This document shows, in pieces, positions 52,738-64,000 of a stretch of 64,000 bases of DNA. This DNA comes from Podarcis melisellensis (taxonomy: Eukaryota), in assembly GCA_964234715.1 (NCBI GenBank), contig OZ174275.1; one strand, given 5' to 3'. The translations under genes and the position numbers were made by a program. The notes under the pieces were generated by a model. That model was given only the letters and a program-made list of their open reading frames with translations. It had not been told where the DNA came from and searched no databases. The first letter of the stretch is position 1. Every line of letters starts with the position of its first letter.

Positions 52738-52894
52738 CTATCATCAGTAGGTTCAGAATCTGTTTCTCTCTCTATTGGGACACTCAGTGCTTCAGCTAGT
52801 TGAGAATTGCTGTCATAGACACGGTAATGAATTGGCTGCAACTGATGAGCATACCACTTTGGCTTATCACCAATCAGAGCTGGGTCAAACATAT
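52738..52894 (-). CDS. MADD: MADD exon 10 (157 nt): [27 protein letters not shown]...EPTDD
   Basis: ctacag acceptor, AG|gttagt donor. Confidence 0.96.
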
Positions 52895-53509
52895 CTGTAG
52901 AAATAGTAAGAAAAATGAAGTTATTTCCATGATGTCATCCCCCAAAGTCTCAGTCAAGTGAGGCTGCAGCTGCCCTACAGAAATTATATTGTAAATGGTA
53001 GGCAAAACATCAGTCCATAGATATTTGAAATTAAACTGAATGTAGAGCTGTCCCTCCATAGAACAGATACATACATAATTTTATTTGTTTGCCAACTTTC
53101 CACAGTTCAAACCATGCTCAAGGTGGCTTACAGCATGAAAAAATACCTAACTACAACAAAAGTAATTATGAGCAATAAATAAAACAATAAAAAATACACA
53201 ACCAAATATAAACTACAACAATTCCACACATCTGAATTAAGATACCAAAAACAGCAACAGTCCCCAGCCCAAACACACCAGCCCAAGAATCAGTTCAGCA
53301 GCCTCAGCTTTTTGTAGCTGGAGTCAGTTAGGGCTCTACCCTTCTATGTCAGGGGAAAAAAGGCCTGCAAGGCAAGGGATAAGTCTTCCAGGTCTCACAG
53401 CCAAGATGGTCAGATAGGATGCAGGAGACACTATTTCCTGACACTAGTTTTGTATTAGAAGATTCAGCATTAATCAAGAGGTAGCAGTAAACACAAGGCC
53501 AAGACTTAC

Positions 53510-53745
53510 TGTTGTGGATTCTTTGGAAAGCATAATTAGTTGGGTTGAGTGACCATTCCCCAAAGTATTCCACTGCCTGTGTCTTCGACAATTTATCTGC
53601 AAAAGGTGTCTGTTTTGGTCTTGAGGCTAAGAACGAATTGGCCTGAAATGCAACCACTGGCCGGGGGAAGAGGCGAAGTGTGCGAGTATGCATCTGGAAT
53701 CCTTGTAAAACATTTGGTGAATTGAAGAATCTCACCATGGCAACC
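53510..53745 (-). CDS. MADD: MADD exon 9 (236 nt): [34 protein letters not shown]...FQRIHN (dDENN)
   Basis: tttttag acceptor, A|gtaagt donor. Confidence 0.97.
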
Positions 53746-54043
53746 CTAAAAAAATCCAATAGGTTGGTAATATATTCAACATGACAAATCTGAAGGACAC
53801 AGTACATGCACATATCATGAAAAGCAAATTCTACATTTGCCTCTAGTAAGGGAAGAACAGCAGAATAAGTTCGCCCATTCATAGCTAACATCAACTGCGG
53901 CCTCAAGACAAAATATGCCCTATGGAAATAAAAGAAACACCAGTGCCCCTATTGTGCTGTGACCAAAGAAAAATATATTTGGTTTCTATTCTCACTTTCT
54001 TTGCAGCAAGCCTAGGGTACAAAGATGATACTGAGTTCAATTA

Positions 54044-54290
54044 TCAACTCTGAAGGCAAATAATCTCTTTTACTGTAGTTGGGCCAAACAGCCTAAGCCA
54101 ATGGAAGGCACTCCACACCACCGAAGTCTCAAGTGGCAACAGTAATGGAACCAGGAGAAGTCCCAAACTATGATCCCACTCTTTCAGAGGTAGTGTGACC
54201 CCTTCTAGAGCAGGCTGGACATTGAATAGAGGAACCATCCACTAACCGTATCTCAGTCTTGTTGGATTATGTTTCAACTTCACACAGTTG
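54044..54290 (-). mobile_element. decayed L2 LINE fragment
   Basis: Peptide QPALEGVTLPLKEWDHSLGLLL resembles L2 ORF2 downstream of the RT domain. Confidence 0.55.
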
Positions 54291-54384
54291 AAATCTGGCT
54301 GGTTGAAATCCCGCAAATTGATTGCTCACAAGGCACAGAGCTTAGAAGCTCCTTTTGCTTTGGGTTTTCCCAACATGGAAAGAA

Positions 54385-54514
54385 CTTTTAAGCTCTCAGA
54401 CCTGCTAACTGTGCTCTGGAACACTCTTGAGAGATCTCGTGGAAACTCGGATGGTCCCACAAGATGTCACAGGAGCATCCCAGAGCCCAGTAAGCAAGTC
54501 TGAGAGCTTAAAAG
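54385..54514. repeat. inverted repeat with ~60-bp arms
   Basis: cttttaagctctcagac... / ...gtctgagagcttaaaag; the same peptide FKLSDLLT appears on both strands. Confidence 0.8.
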
Positions 54515-55266
54515 CTCTCTGCCTTCCTTGAAAAGAAAGACAACCACACAGGTGTGGTTCCAAGTGTATATGCATTTTTCCATGTACATGTAATATCTGG
54601 AACACAACCCCCACAGAAGATTCAATCATACAGTACTACAACCTAACAGTGACTCAGTACATTCACTGTCTCGCCTGCAGAAGATGAAAAGGAGAAATGG
54701 AGCTGCTTGTCATCAGCATAAAGAGGACAATGAGCTATAAAACTCTGTATGAACCTACTCAATGGTTACCTCTACATTTTTTTTCTATTTTAAAATTTCA
54801 ATTAGAAAACATAGTCAGATTTAGCAGAATATATATCTCAAAACAAAAGACTAGGAATAGCCAACAGGATGCTCTCCAAATGGTGTAAATCACATCTTTC
54901 ATAATCCATGACCCACTGATCGTGCTGGGCTTGGGCCAATGTTAGTTGTTGTCCAAAATATATCTGGAGGGCATCACACTGGCTGACCCCGATAATGGAC
55001 TGTGTGGAATCCATATATACACAAGAGAATCTCATCCTCTAGTCTTATGCAGCCTAAGCAGTAGAAAATATTGTTAAAAACTGATGGTAGCTCACATAGA
55101 GTGTGTTCTAGTTTATAACAATAAATGTTCATGAAAAAGACAATGAAAAAGCACTTGCTTTTTTACTGGAAGGCCACAGCATTTCAGCTAACATTTTCTG
55201 CGGGACAGAGCAGCAGACCTTCCAGTGTATTTGGAAATTTAACAAAAATACATTGCTCAGACTCAC

Positions 55267-55445
55267 CGAGTAGCCACATCCACAGAGTCTACATCATTGC
55301 CATAGATCAGGGGGTTGAACTCTGTAGAAGGTGTGGACTGCATGTCATTCTGAGGTTTCCCCGTAAGCAGTGGGATCTCCTGGCTTTCATGAAACTTCTC
55401 TAGGTTAAGAATAGGCTGGGTATTCAAGCTCATGCTAGCCAAAGC
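55267..55445 (-). CDS. MADD: MADD exon 8 (179 nt): [18 protein letters not shown]...[12 protein letters not shown]
   Basis: ccttcag acceptor, CG|gtgagt donor. Confidence 0.97.
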
Positions 55446-56629
55446 CTGAAGGGCAATAGGTCACAAAGGTAATAAATAAGAACAGCATTGTCAAAACTGC
55501 TTAAACTCATGGACAAACACAACCCAAGTGCAATGTTCTAGTTCCCCAGAATAAAAATACACCTCTTTCAGCAGATCAGTAAACCTTTAAGCACTCTTTG
55601 ACTAACCTTTGACTGCTCCAAGCACAGAAAAAGAGAGGACCTTACAACCATTTTACATAACAAATTCAGAATGCTGAATGCTAAATCTAATGACTTATTG
55701 GTTGACTAATTTAGTCACTTTATCTTGCCCAAAGCAACCCAAAGCAACTTAAAATCCCCCAGGCTAACTAGTATTGGGAGGAGGGCAGGTGAGTAAAACA
55801 AGATTTATAAATAACACCCCCCCCCCAAATATACTGGAAACTAACATGAGGAAGGTGAAATCCACCCTTTCAGTAGCTCAACTGTATAAAACCAGAGGAT
55901 GGGTGTGATAAAATTAATAAACTGAGGCACACCACAGAGTACCCCAAACACCAGAGATAAGGCAGATGGTGGCACAAAAAAGGACTTTTTCCCACCTGTA
56001 GCATTCCAATTGTAAAACACCTTTCCTGAAAGAAGGCACCTGGAGTTCACTTTGTTATCCTGTAGGCACAGGGTTATGCCCCAAGGTATATTAATAATTT
56101 CACATTTGTTAAGTACTGGTTGTTTTACAAATTTCCACTGCTGTTTTTTAATGATTAATGCCTTCGTGCACATTTTATTACTTTTTTTGGATTTTTAATT
56201 GCATTGTAAACCACCCTGTGATAATTTTATTTATTTATTTAAGATATGTGTATGCCACCCTTCATAACAATCCACTCAGTATTATTCTCTGCACTGAGAT
56301 CCCAACTCCATCAATTTAAAAACTATATTTTCAATCCAAATAAAGGTGCAGGTTCACTGTGCCCTTTCTCATAACTGCTAGTCAGGGAAGCTCAGATTTC
56401 TAGGACAGTGCACTGTTTTAAACTCTACAGTCTTCCTTAGCTCACATGGCAAGGCTAGTATTTTCACAGAACTAACAACTCATGGTCTGACAACATCACC
56501 CAGAACATGAAGCATATAAGAGTTAAAGTTTTCACTTCTGCATGTAGTACACAATCTCATCAATCTAATTTTGCCTCGTCCTCCACTTCTTAACAGTTGT
56601 GGCCATCCTACAAACCTTGTGCCTTTCCC

Positions 56630-56712
56630 CTTGGCCTGAAAAGTGAGATGAGTGCCACATTCCATAGTTGCCTTTGACTGGACTTAACTATCCAGGGGTC
56701 CTTTACCTTACC
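56630..56712 (+). mobile_element. Sauria SINE 3' fragment
   Basis: catagttgcctttgactggacttaact...ggggtcctttacctta, shared with 36320-36372. Confidence 0.75.
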
Positions 56713-56885
56713 TTTTTTTTTTTTAACCTAATCCTCCCCGTTTTTCTCAATGTCTGCCTCTCTCTCTCAACCTCCTTGTCCTTCTGTAAAGTTCATTTCC
56801 CCACCCCCCCAAAGCAAATAAATCAAAACAGGTTAAAAAATAATCCAATGGAAACTTGAGGCAGAAAAGAGTAAAATAAAGACAC

Positions 56886-56942
56886 CTTTTTGTCAGGCGT
56901 GAGCAGCTGTTTCTGAGTGATTGCAGTCATGCTAACCAGACA
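56886..56942 (-). CDS. MADD: candidate 57-nt cassette exon CLVSMTAITQKQLLTPDKK in intron 7
   Basis: catcttgcctccag acceptor, AAG|gtgtct donor; open frame, phase 0-0. Confidence 0.7.
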
Positions 56943-57649
56943 CTGGAGGCAAGATGGAAGATCACATGACAACACCAGCGGACAATCAGAGGCAAGACGA
57001 ACACATGATCACAGAGAGACAGATGGAGAAAAAACTATTACTACTAATACCACAGATGAGAAAGGAAATAAAAAGGGATCATAAACAGTCACAGTTCCTG
57101 AGCAAGGCCAGACTGCTTTCACCCCACACATCTGCTTGCATACACTTTTTTTAAATGGACTACTAGCCAGCTGTTTTCAATGTAAATATTTATAATGACA
57201 CTGATCTGAAAGGGCAATAATAAGCCCGTATATATTTGTTAAGTATTTATGCATGCATAATACTGTTGCGCCAATATTTCCCACTACCATCACTATGTTT
57301 TGTCACAAGGCAGTCACCTCCACGATGTCACCCACATTTCCTTTGCTTTACCCTGCGGATAGTAAGGTTTTGTGTCTTGCATCATAGAATGAAAAGAATG
57401 GTTATTGTTCTTTTGTTAATTCACTTCACACTACTCAAATGTGTGGGAGTTTTGCTGAATAGCCCCTAAACTGTGGAGAGAGAAAAGCAAACAGATTCTG
57501 AAAGAGCGGCTGGGGATTCTACTGTAAGGGTCAATGGCTGTTCACTGCAACAGGTTACACAGGAAATCACAAACGGTTAAATGTGTAGTTCTGCTCTGCT
57601 ATGGGAGCCAGAAACAGCAGCTTTTGTACTGCTACTCTTAACACTTTAC

Positions 57650-57658
57650 CTTTAAATA
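57650..57658 (-). CDS. MADD: candidate 9-nt microexon (YLK) in intron 7
   Basis: Pyrimidine tract followed by ttgcatgctgcatgcag|TATTTAAAG|gtaaag; phase 0-0. Confidence 0.5.
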
Positions 57659-58119
57659 CTGCATGCAGCATGCAAGGAGGTGTGGGGGAAAGAACAGAAA
57701 TAAAATCATAAAACCTATTTTGACAGACTCATTCAATCTGACTAAAACCAATAAATAGCTTCACAGGATTAGAGAAAGAGAACAAATATGGGCCTTATAG
57801 GCAGCAATATGAAAATGGAGAAAATGATGATTAAGAAAGGGGAAGACAAGACAACTCAAAGCCCAGAGATTCTAAAGGGTGTATCATGCAGGAAGCAGAT
57901 TTGTTTGTAGATATTAAGTATTGGTTTAGATGGTTTTAAATGTAATGATGAAGCGTTTTATGTAGTGCACAATATGCCATGAAGCTCTGATATGTATGAT
58001 TATCTTACAATACCACAGGTTTTAAATGGGAGTTGATTAAGGATGAGATAAACCACAGCCTACCACAGCTTCAAATACACGAAAATGAGTTAACAAAACA
58101 CAGTAATAACACCTGCTGA

Positions 58120-58309
58120 CAGTGGCGTAGCGTGGGTGGTGCAGGGGGGGCCGGCCGCACCGGCCGCAACATCTGGGGGTTAGGGTTAGGGGCGCAAATC
58201 CACGGGTTAGGGGGCGCAAATCCACGGGTTAGGGGGCGCAAATCCACGGGTTAGGGGGTGCAAATTACTTGCCTTGCCCCGGGTGCTGACAACCCATGCT
58301 ACGCCACTT
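58120..58309. mobile_element. hAT-type MITE with TTAGGG-containing 22-bp tandem repeats
   Basis: TIRs CAGTGGCGTAGCGTGGG / CCCATGCTACGCCACTT; perfect 8-bp TSD CCTGCTGA at 58112-58119 and 58310-58317. Confidence 0.85.
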
Positions 58310-59823
58310 CCTGCTGATTTCAGTGTTTCATGACCACACCAAAATGCTCATATGAAAACACACTGGTGGTTGTTGTTTTTTTTTGGGGGGGGGGTGTTTC
58401 CCAATCCCTCAGAGCCAACTGGGGGAAGCCCTGTTGTGCAAGCAGAGGTCCTTGCACAGGGCTTCTGCTGACAGAACCGATTAGTTGAATCTCACCCAGG
58501 ATCCCAAAACATAACAAAGTGACCTGGTTTGGATGTAACACTAAATCATAGTTCAGTGTTAGACTCACATGTTCCCCCTTTTCCTTCTGTCAGGGCTTCA
58601 AGGAGTTCAGAAGCTTTCACTTCCATGTTAGATTAACTGCGGCTTATTGTGCAATTCAAACCTGGAGAATGTGTAGCTCATTTTAACTATGATCAGCTGA
58701 AACAAGCCAAATTCATACCGGTTTAGGAAGCTGGCTTGTTTCAATTAATTGTAGTTACAATGAACCATAGTTTAGGGATTGGACAACCCACTAAACTCTG
58801 GTGGATCTACAACAGAAGCAGAACCTTCAGTTTTCCGCCTGAAAGTCACACCAGAGGAGAGGCCACAAGTCTGAGGCTTGCTTTCATTTTGGGAATCTAA
58901 GTTTGGCCTCATTGAGGGGCAGAATTTCAATATAAGTAGGAAAATGAGAGCACCCCTAAACATTTTTTTTAGAAAAAAAAGCACTGGTTAAGGCAATTAG
59001 CTATTTACAACTCTGATCCAAAGCCTTTCTTACTTTTTTATCTCTAGAAGCTCCTAGGCATTTTTACATAAGCTTCTCTAAAGTAGAAACAGAAACAGAG
59101 GACAGAAAAGTAAGAAAGGCTTTGGATCAAATTGTAAATAGCATGCCACGAGAAGATTATTGTTCAAGAAAAACAGCTGAAAATGTAAATGGCAGGTCCT
59201 GCAGTTTCACAAGCCAAGTCCAATGAAAAAATAAGTGAACCTAAAAGAATATAGAGAGGCAATTTTTTTGTTATTAGGGGAAATTTACAATGTGCTTTGA
59301 AAACAAGACTACAACTTCTACTTTGTGCCACTTAAAAGAGAAAGAACGGGGGGGGGGGGTCAAAGTGTCTCCTCAAGGGAAAGGATACTTATTGGACCTT
59401 TGTTCAATAGTATAAATGGACAGAATCTGCATCTAAACACACACCGGCTTTCCCTAGTCATCCTCTAACCAAGACTGACTGTGTTCCAAAGGAGCCATTG
59501 CAAAGATATTTTTTTATTCATGGCACAGAGCTGCAGAAGCCCCATTTTGGACAGCATAATTTCCTGCATTGAATGAAGTATCACTAATGTACCCACTATC
59601 AGCTACCTGAAATAACTCTCTTTAACCACATTTCTCCTAATTTAGAAATGTTTCTTCATAGAAGTTGAAATAGTCATATTTACATTAGAGAGTCCACTTT
59701 GAGTCTGAACTTTAGTAATAAGTTGTCCCATTATGATGCTGCAAACTGTCACAGCATCCTTAGTTATCTAATATACCAATAGTGGAAATTATCCCAGCCA
59801 CATTCACTAGAATCCTTACATAC

Positions 59824-59904
59824 CTGCTTTAAGTGCTTTTTCAATTCTAAAGATTCTGGTTCCGGCAAAACAGGTAATGACTCAGCATTTGTAGGAACAA
59901 TCAC
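59824..59904 (-). CDS. MADD: MADD exon 7 (81 nt): [27 protein letters not shown]
   Basis: ttccag acceptor, CAG|gtatgt donor; phase 0-0. Confidence 0.96.
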
Positions 59905-60722
59905 CTGGAATAAAAATTTATAGAGAAAATTGCGTTTACAAAAACTCTTGGCGTGGACAGTCTTTTATGACTTCTTGGAAACAAGACAGAAATAGGGGCA
60001 GGAACCTTGAAGTGGATTTAATTTTTCCTATTGCTTATGCATTATTGGCTGTGCTCTAAGATGAATTCAGAACTGTCAAGCAGATGATTTGGTTTTCCAA
60101 TCTGTCAACAAATTAAAATGTGACCTAATTATGTCACTTTGCTCCTTGGTAACAATTGTTTTAGAAAATATTTCCTTGCCCTTTCAATGAAATAATTTTT
60201 TTAAGCGTCAAAAACAATCACCATTTAATTATAATTTTAAATTGTTCTTTTAAATATTGTTTTAACATAAAAGGCCTATAAATATATTAAACCAATAAAC
60301 ATATTTTGATTTGTTTTGCACATCAAGAAACATTTAACAAAGGCTGTATGGGTGTGGCTATCCAAAATGTGTATTTGCTAAATTATAAATGTGTTTTTAA
60401 GCTGTCTTTTAAGGTCTTGCATTTCCAATGCGGCCTACATAACACAATATAAAATATATTAAAAATCAGTAATCAGTAATCAGTTACAAAGGACAGTGAC
60501 TTAAAAGCCTAACCAGAACCATTTCAGCAACTTCAAGCAAATCTGCAGTTTAAAAAACGAACAGCTGTTAAAACCCTTTAATACATAAACAAACAAGGCA
60601 ACATCTGTTTTGTGTTAATTAAGAGAAGGAGGTGGGATTAGGAAATAAAATCGTAACACCCACACAGTCCCCATCAAGAGGAATTATATATAAATGCTGT
60701 TTTATGAATAGGAGTTACCTAC

Positions 60723-60836
60723 CTTATTAGTATCCAGATCAACTAGCCATACATCATCTGGCATTTTAAAGTCTAGTTTGTAAAGAAAGAAGCTGGCTGG
60801 GACTCCAATGATATAGGGTGTTGGGGCCAGAAGCAG
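60723..60836 (-). CDS. MADD: MADD exon 6 (114 nt): [38 protein letters not shown]
   Basis: ctacag acceptor, AAG|gtaggt donor; [13 protein letters not shown] and LVDLD motifs. Confidence 0.97.
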
Positions 60837-61875
60837 CTGTAGCAAGCAGAAAATATTAATAAGGAAAAAATCTGAATCCTTACAGCTTTTCTGCTAACAA
60901 CCCACCCACAATCACTAAAAGCAAACTACTGGAGAGATGACAACACTTAAAAGCATAAGCAAATGTTGCTACAAGAATTCATTAAACTTTGGGCTCAGTA
61001 AATTACTGTGAAAACAATAGATGCTGTAGCATTACTGAGATAAAACAGGTGCACATCTGAATAGTAATCTGGATAGGAGACCACTGTGCATGTAAGAGCA
61101 ATATATTCACATAAATAAGTATTTTTTAAAAGAATTTATCAAACACCGAGGTAAGCAGAAGCTGAGAAAACATCTAAATTTGGGGAGGCCTCCTTGAACA
61201 GGTAGAAAATGAGCTTTTCATCAAAGGACCAGATTATAAATGGAAGAAAACTGGTGCTTGAAAAGGCAGCCTGTGGTAAAAATGGCAATCAAAACGATAC
61301 TGTGTTTGGAACAGCGCAAAAAAAACTGCAGGGGAAATAAGAAGTTTTGTGGAGAGCAGCAAAAGAAAATATTTGACAAAATAGGCCTTGCTAAGAAATA
61401 TGTCCTTTGCAAACATTCTACATTCTTGTAAAAGGTGGTAAAAGAATAAGCCTAAAACTTTAACAGCAGCAAGTAATGTTGCTGGAAATTGTTTTCCCTG
61501 TTTTACAATTATTGGCTCTTACAGGAACTACACTTCTTGAATCACAGGTTTCCTGCAGGAGTAACATGACCCTTCAGTCTTCTAAAGTAACTGTGGACCA
61601 AATTGCCTAAATGGCATCAACAGCTTTGGAAAAAAATATAGCATATAACCACAGATATAATATGGAACATCTCAAAGTAAAGTTTGCTCTTTTCTACACT
61701 GTCTGCCATTTCTATTCCTATCATTAAGCTTCACTGTGATTTGTAGGAGCATCTCAGTAGTTGCCAGGCACATTGAAAAATATGCATTTTAATTTAGACA
61801 GGACAAAACCCAGCAAGAATTCGACTGTTTCAGCAGTGTCATAGCAGTACATCCGTCACTGAAACGATGGCATAC

Positions 61876-62007
61876 CTGCTCTGCAGAAGCCATACAGGTA
61901 GGAAGAAGTGGAATCACTGGGAACATGTACTCCAGTGGGTAGATCATAGCCACAAATGCCATGACAGACATAGAGAGCGCATTATAGTCCCGTGACTGCA
62001 ACACCAC
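61876..62007 (-). CDS. MADD: MADD exon 5 (132 nt): [44 protein letters not shown]
   Basis: ttgcag acceptor, CAG|gtatgc donor; DENN core sequence. Confidence 0.97.
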
Positions 62008-62326
62008 CTGCAACCAAGGAAACTCTTGTCAATACATGCACACAATTATTTTCTCATGATAATAAGCTCTTAGGCTTCTTCCAATGGGCCTTCATATGAT
62101 ATGTATTCTAATACTGCAAAAAGATTTCCCTAAACAAATATAATTTCATGCAGAAGCCTCATAATCTTTATTGCTTCTGTTAATAGGAAATTGAACATTG
62201 TGATAAAAACATACATTCGTCCTTTCACATGGTCTTTGTTAAGTTTCTGTTGAAATGTTGAGGAACAGACAATGCAGCCTTTACGTCTGAAATGTCTACA
62301 AGTATATTGACACACGTCCCTCTCAC

Positions 62327-62630
62327 CTTATGTTCCAGAAGAATGCAGGATAGCACCTGCAAACATGCATCCACACCTAAGAGCTCCAAGGGCAGATGCA
62401 GGGGGAAATCCACCAGAGAGAAGCGGGATGGGTCAGGAAGGGCAAACGTCAAGGCTGGCTGCAATTCATGGGGTAAGACTTCCACATCCACGCGCTTCTG
62501 GCCAGCAACAGGCACAGGTGAACGAAGCAGCCGGTAAATCCACGCCTCAATTTCACGCAAATCATGTAGCAATGCACTCGATTTCTCCTCCACTAGAAGT
62601 GAACCTGTGAAAATCCGCCATATTGTGTCC
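62327..62630 (-). CDS. MADD: MADD exon 4 (304 nt): [16 protein letters not shown]...[13 protein letters not shown] region
   Basis: ttttacacag acceptor, AAG|gtgaga donor; peptide nearly identical to MADD. Confidence 0.97.
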
Positions 62631-63150
62631 CTGTGTAAAAGCAACAAGATTAACCCCAAACACATATACTTGGTAGTTCTACTGAGAAACCTGCCAAAAT
62701 ACTCAGGCTGTGTGAATTCTTCCGTAAGAAGTCAGACTAGGGCGTATACGCATGTCCTTTTATTTTATTTTGTTAACAAGATGCATATACCATTTGACTG
62801 TAGTAAAACCTTTAAGCTATTGTACAACGCAGACCTAGGTGAAAAGAAGTATGGCAGAGCCTTAATTGCATCTTGTTGGAAGCATAAAATTCCTTGCAAT
62901 GTATGGATCTATCTTTGCACTTATGTCACAACTAGAGGCTATAGCTCTGCTCAGTTTGCTCGACAATCCCATCTACCCATGCTTGCCAAAGCCGCCCACT
63001 CTCTCCCTTACAGAGCTTTGGGCTGCCACACCCTGCAGTGGATGTCTCTCCACAGCTTTCCTGAACTGCCAACCCACCACTTCTTGTCACACTATAAAAC
63101 CACCTGTTGCCCACCAAGTAAACTGCAGAATGATGACATTCTTACATTTA

Positions 63151-63222
63151 TATTATTATATTATATTATATTATATTATATTATATTATATTATATTATA
63201 TTATATTATATTATATTATATT
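63151..63222. repeat. (TTATA)n pentanucleotide microsatellite
   Basis: About 14 tandem units; gives the YYIIL repeats in the ORF track. Confidence 0.92.
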
Positions 63223-64000
63223 GTAAGATAAGAAAGCAATCAAACTCCAAATAAATCAGATGCTTCTTTGACTTCAAACAAGTACCCTAGGAAGTGTTAT
63301 ACTGTACTGTTGTGCAAGACAGAAGTCAGGTTGATAGTCCCCAAAGATATTTAAAGGGTTTTATATAGCACATAATTCCTCCACTGTATCACACATATAG
63401 TCAATCTATAATGTATATTTTAGAAGGTTCTAGCAGTTTTAACAGCATAAAATGAGGGGTGTAGAGTTACCAAGAACAGAAATTGTTTTTTAAAGAAGGA
63501 ATCACAAATTCACTTTCCTGTGTAGTTTTGTATTAGAATGCTACAACTATATGTACTTAGTTCTCTTTTCATGATGTATTTGTGCACAGAACATGAGACA
63601 AAGCAACAATGCTCCCAGCACAGCCTACCAAACCAACTGAAGCTGATCCAACCAAGCAGATATAAGAGCAGGGGAAGTAGTCACTTTCAAAACCACAAAG
63701 TAACTAGAACATAGGGAACAACTACAAAACTGAGCTGATTACAGACATTACTGGTTCAACTTAAGGCACAAATGCAAACTGGGAACCTGGTCCACTAAGA
63801 GGTATATGACATCCTAGGCTGGCTAAAATATGTAAGCACATAGTACATATCTTCTGCAATGGGTGTCAAGTTTTGGCACACTATGAGAAGTAAGGAAAGC
63901 AGTACCACTAGGTAGGGTGTGTGTGGAAAAGGACAGCATGGTATGATACATTCATGCCTAGTGACTATTCCGTTGCACTAACTCTGTGGCCTGTGTACAG

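Larger units (their letters stand above)
5490..62630 (-). other. MADD: MADD gene body (exons 4-36 and 3'UTR; 5' end outside window)
   Basis: The spliced translation matches vertebrate MADD from [16 protein letters not shown] through the DENN module, Ser-rich region and death-domain-like region to ...PPRPVSS*; phases are consistent across 33 exons. Confidence 0.98.

Noticed and set aside
57420-57490. Strong acceptor ttttctctctccacag in intron 7
   Set aside because: Reading hits a stop after 11 codons and there is no convincing donor.
57944-57990. ATGATGA...CTGA pair suggesting a C/D snoRNA
   Set aside because: Only ~47 nt long and antisense to the host gene.
62607-63254. 215-aa plus-strand ORF, the longest in the track
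   Set aside because: Antisense intronic, no domain similarity, and extended by the (TTATA)n repeat.

Overview
Vertebrate genomic DNA from a squamate, probably a lacertid lizard: it carries Sauria SINEs, L2 and CR1 LINE remnants, and hAT and Tc1-mariner MITEs. The window holds most of the MADD gene (DENN/MADD, IG20, Rab3/Rab27 GEF) on the minus strand. I located 33 exons matching human exons 4-36 by hand. All have GT-AG boundaries and consistent phases, totalling 4318 nt (1 nt + 1439 codons including the stop). A ~1.4 kb 3'UTR ends near an AATAAA at 5507-5512; exons 1-3 lie beyond 64000. The known alternative exons (13L, 16, 21, 26, 34) are all present. No prokaryotic-type or otherwise novel gene system is visible. 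The most interesting signal is an additional layer of small candidate exons inside the introns: frame-preserving ones of 3, 9, 9, 39, 57 and 102 nt (several with SRRM4-type UGC or RBFOX TGCATG motifs), plus candidate poison/NMD exons. These are sequence-based predictions that need RNA-seq. Exon numbers follow human MADD as I recall it.
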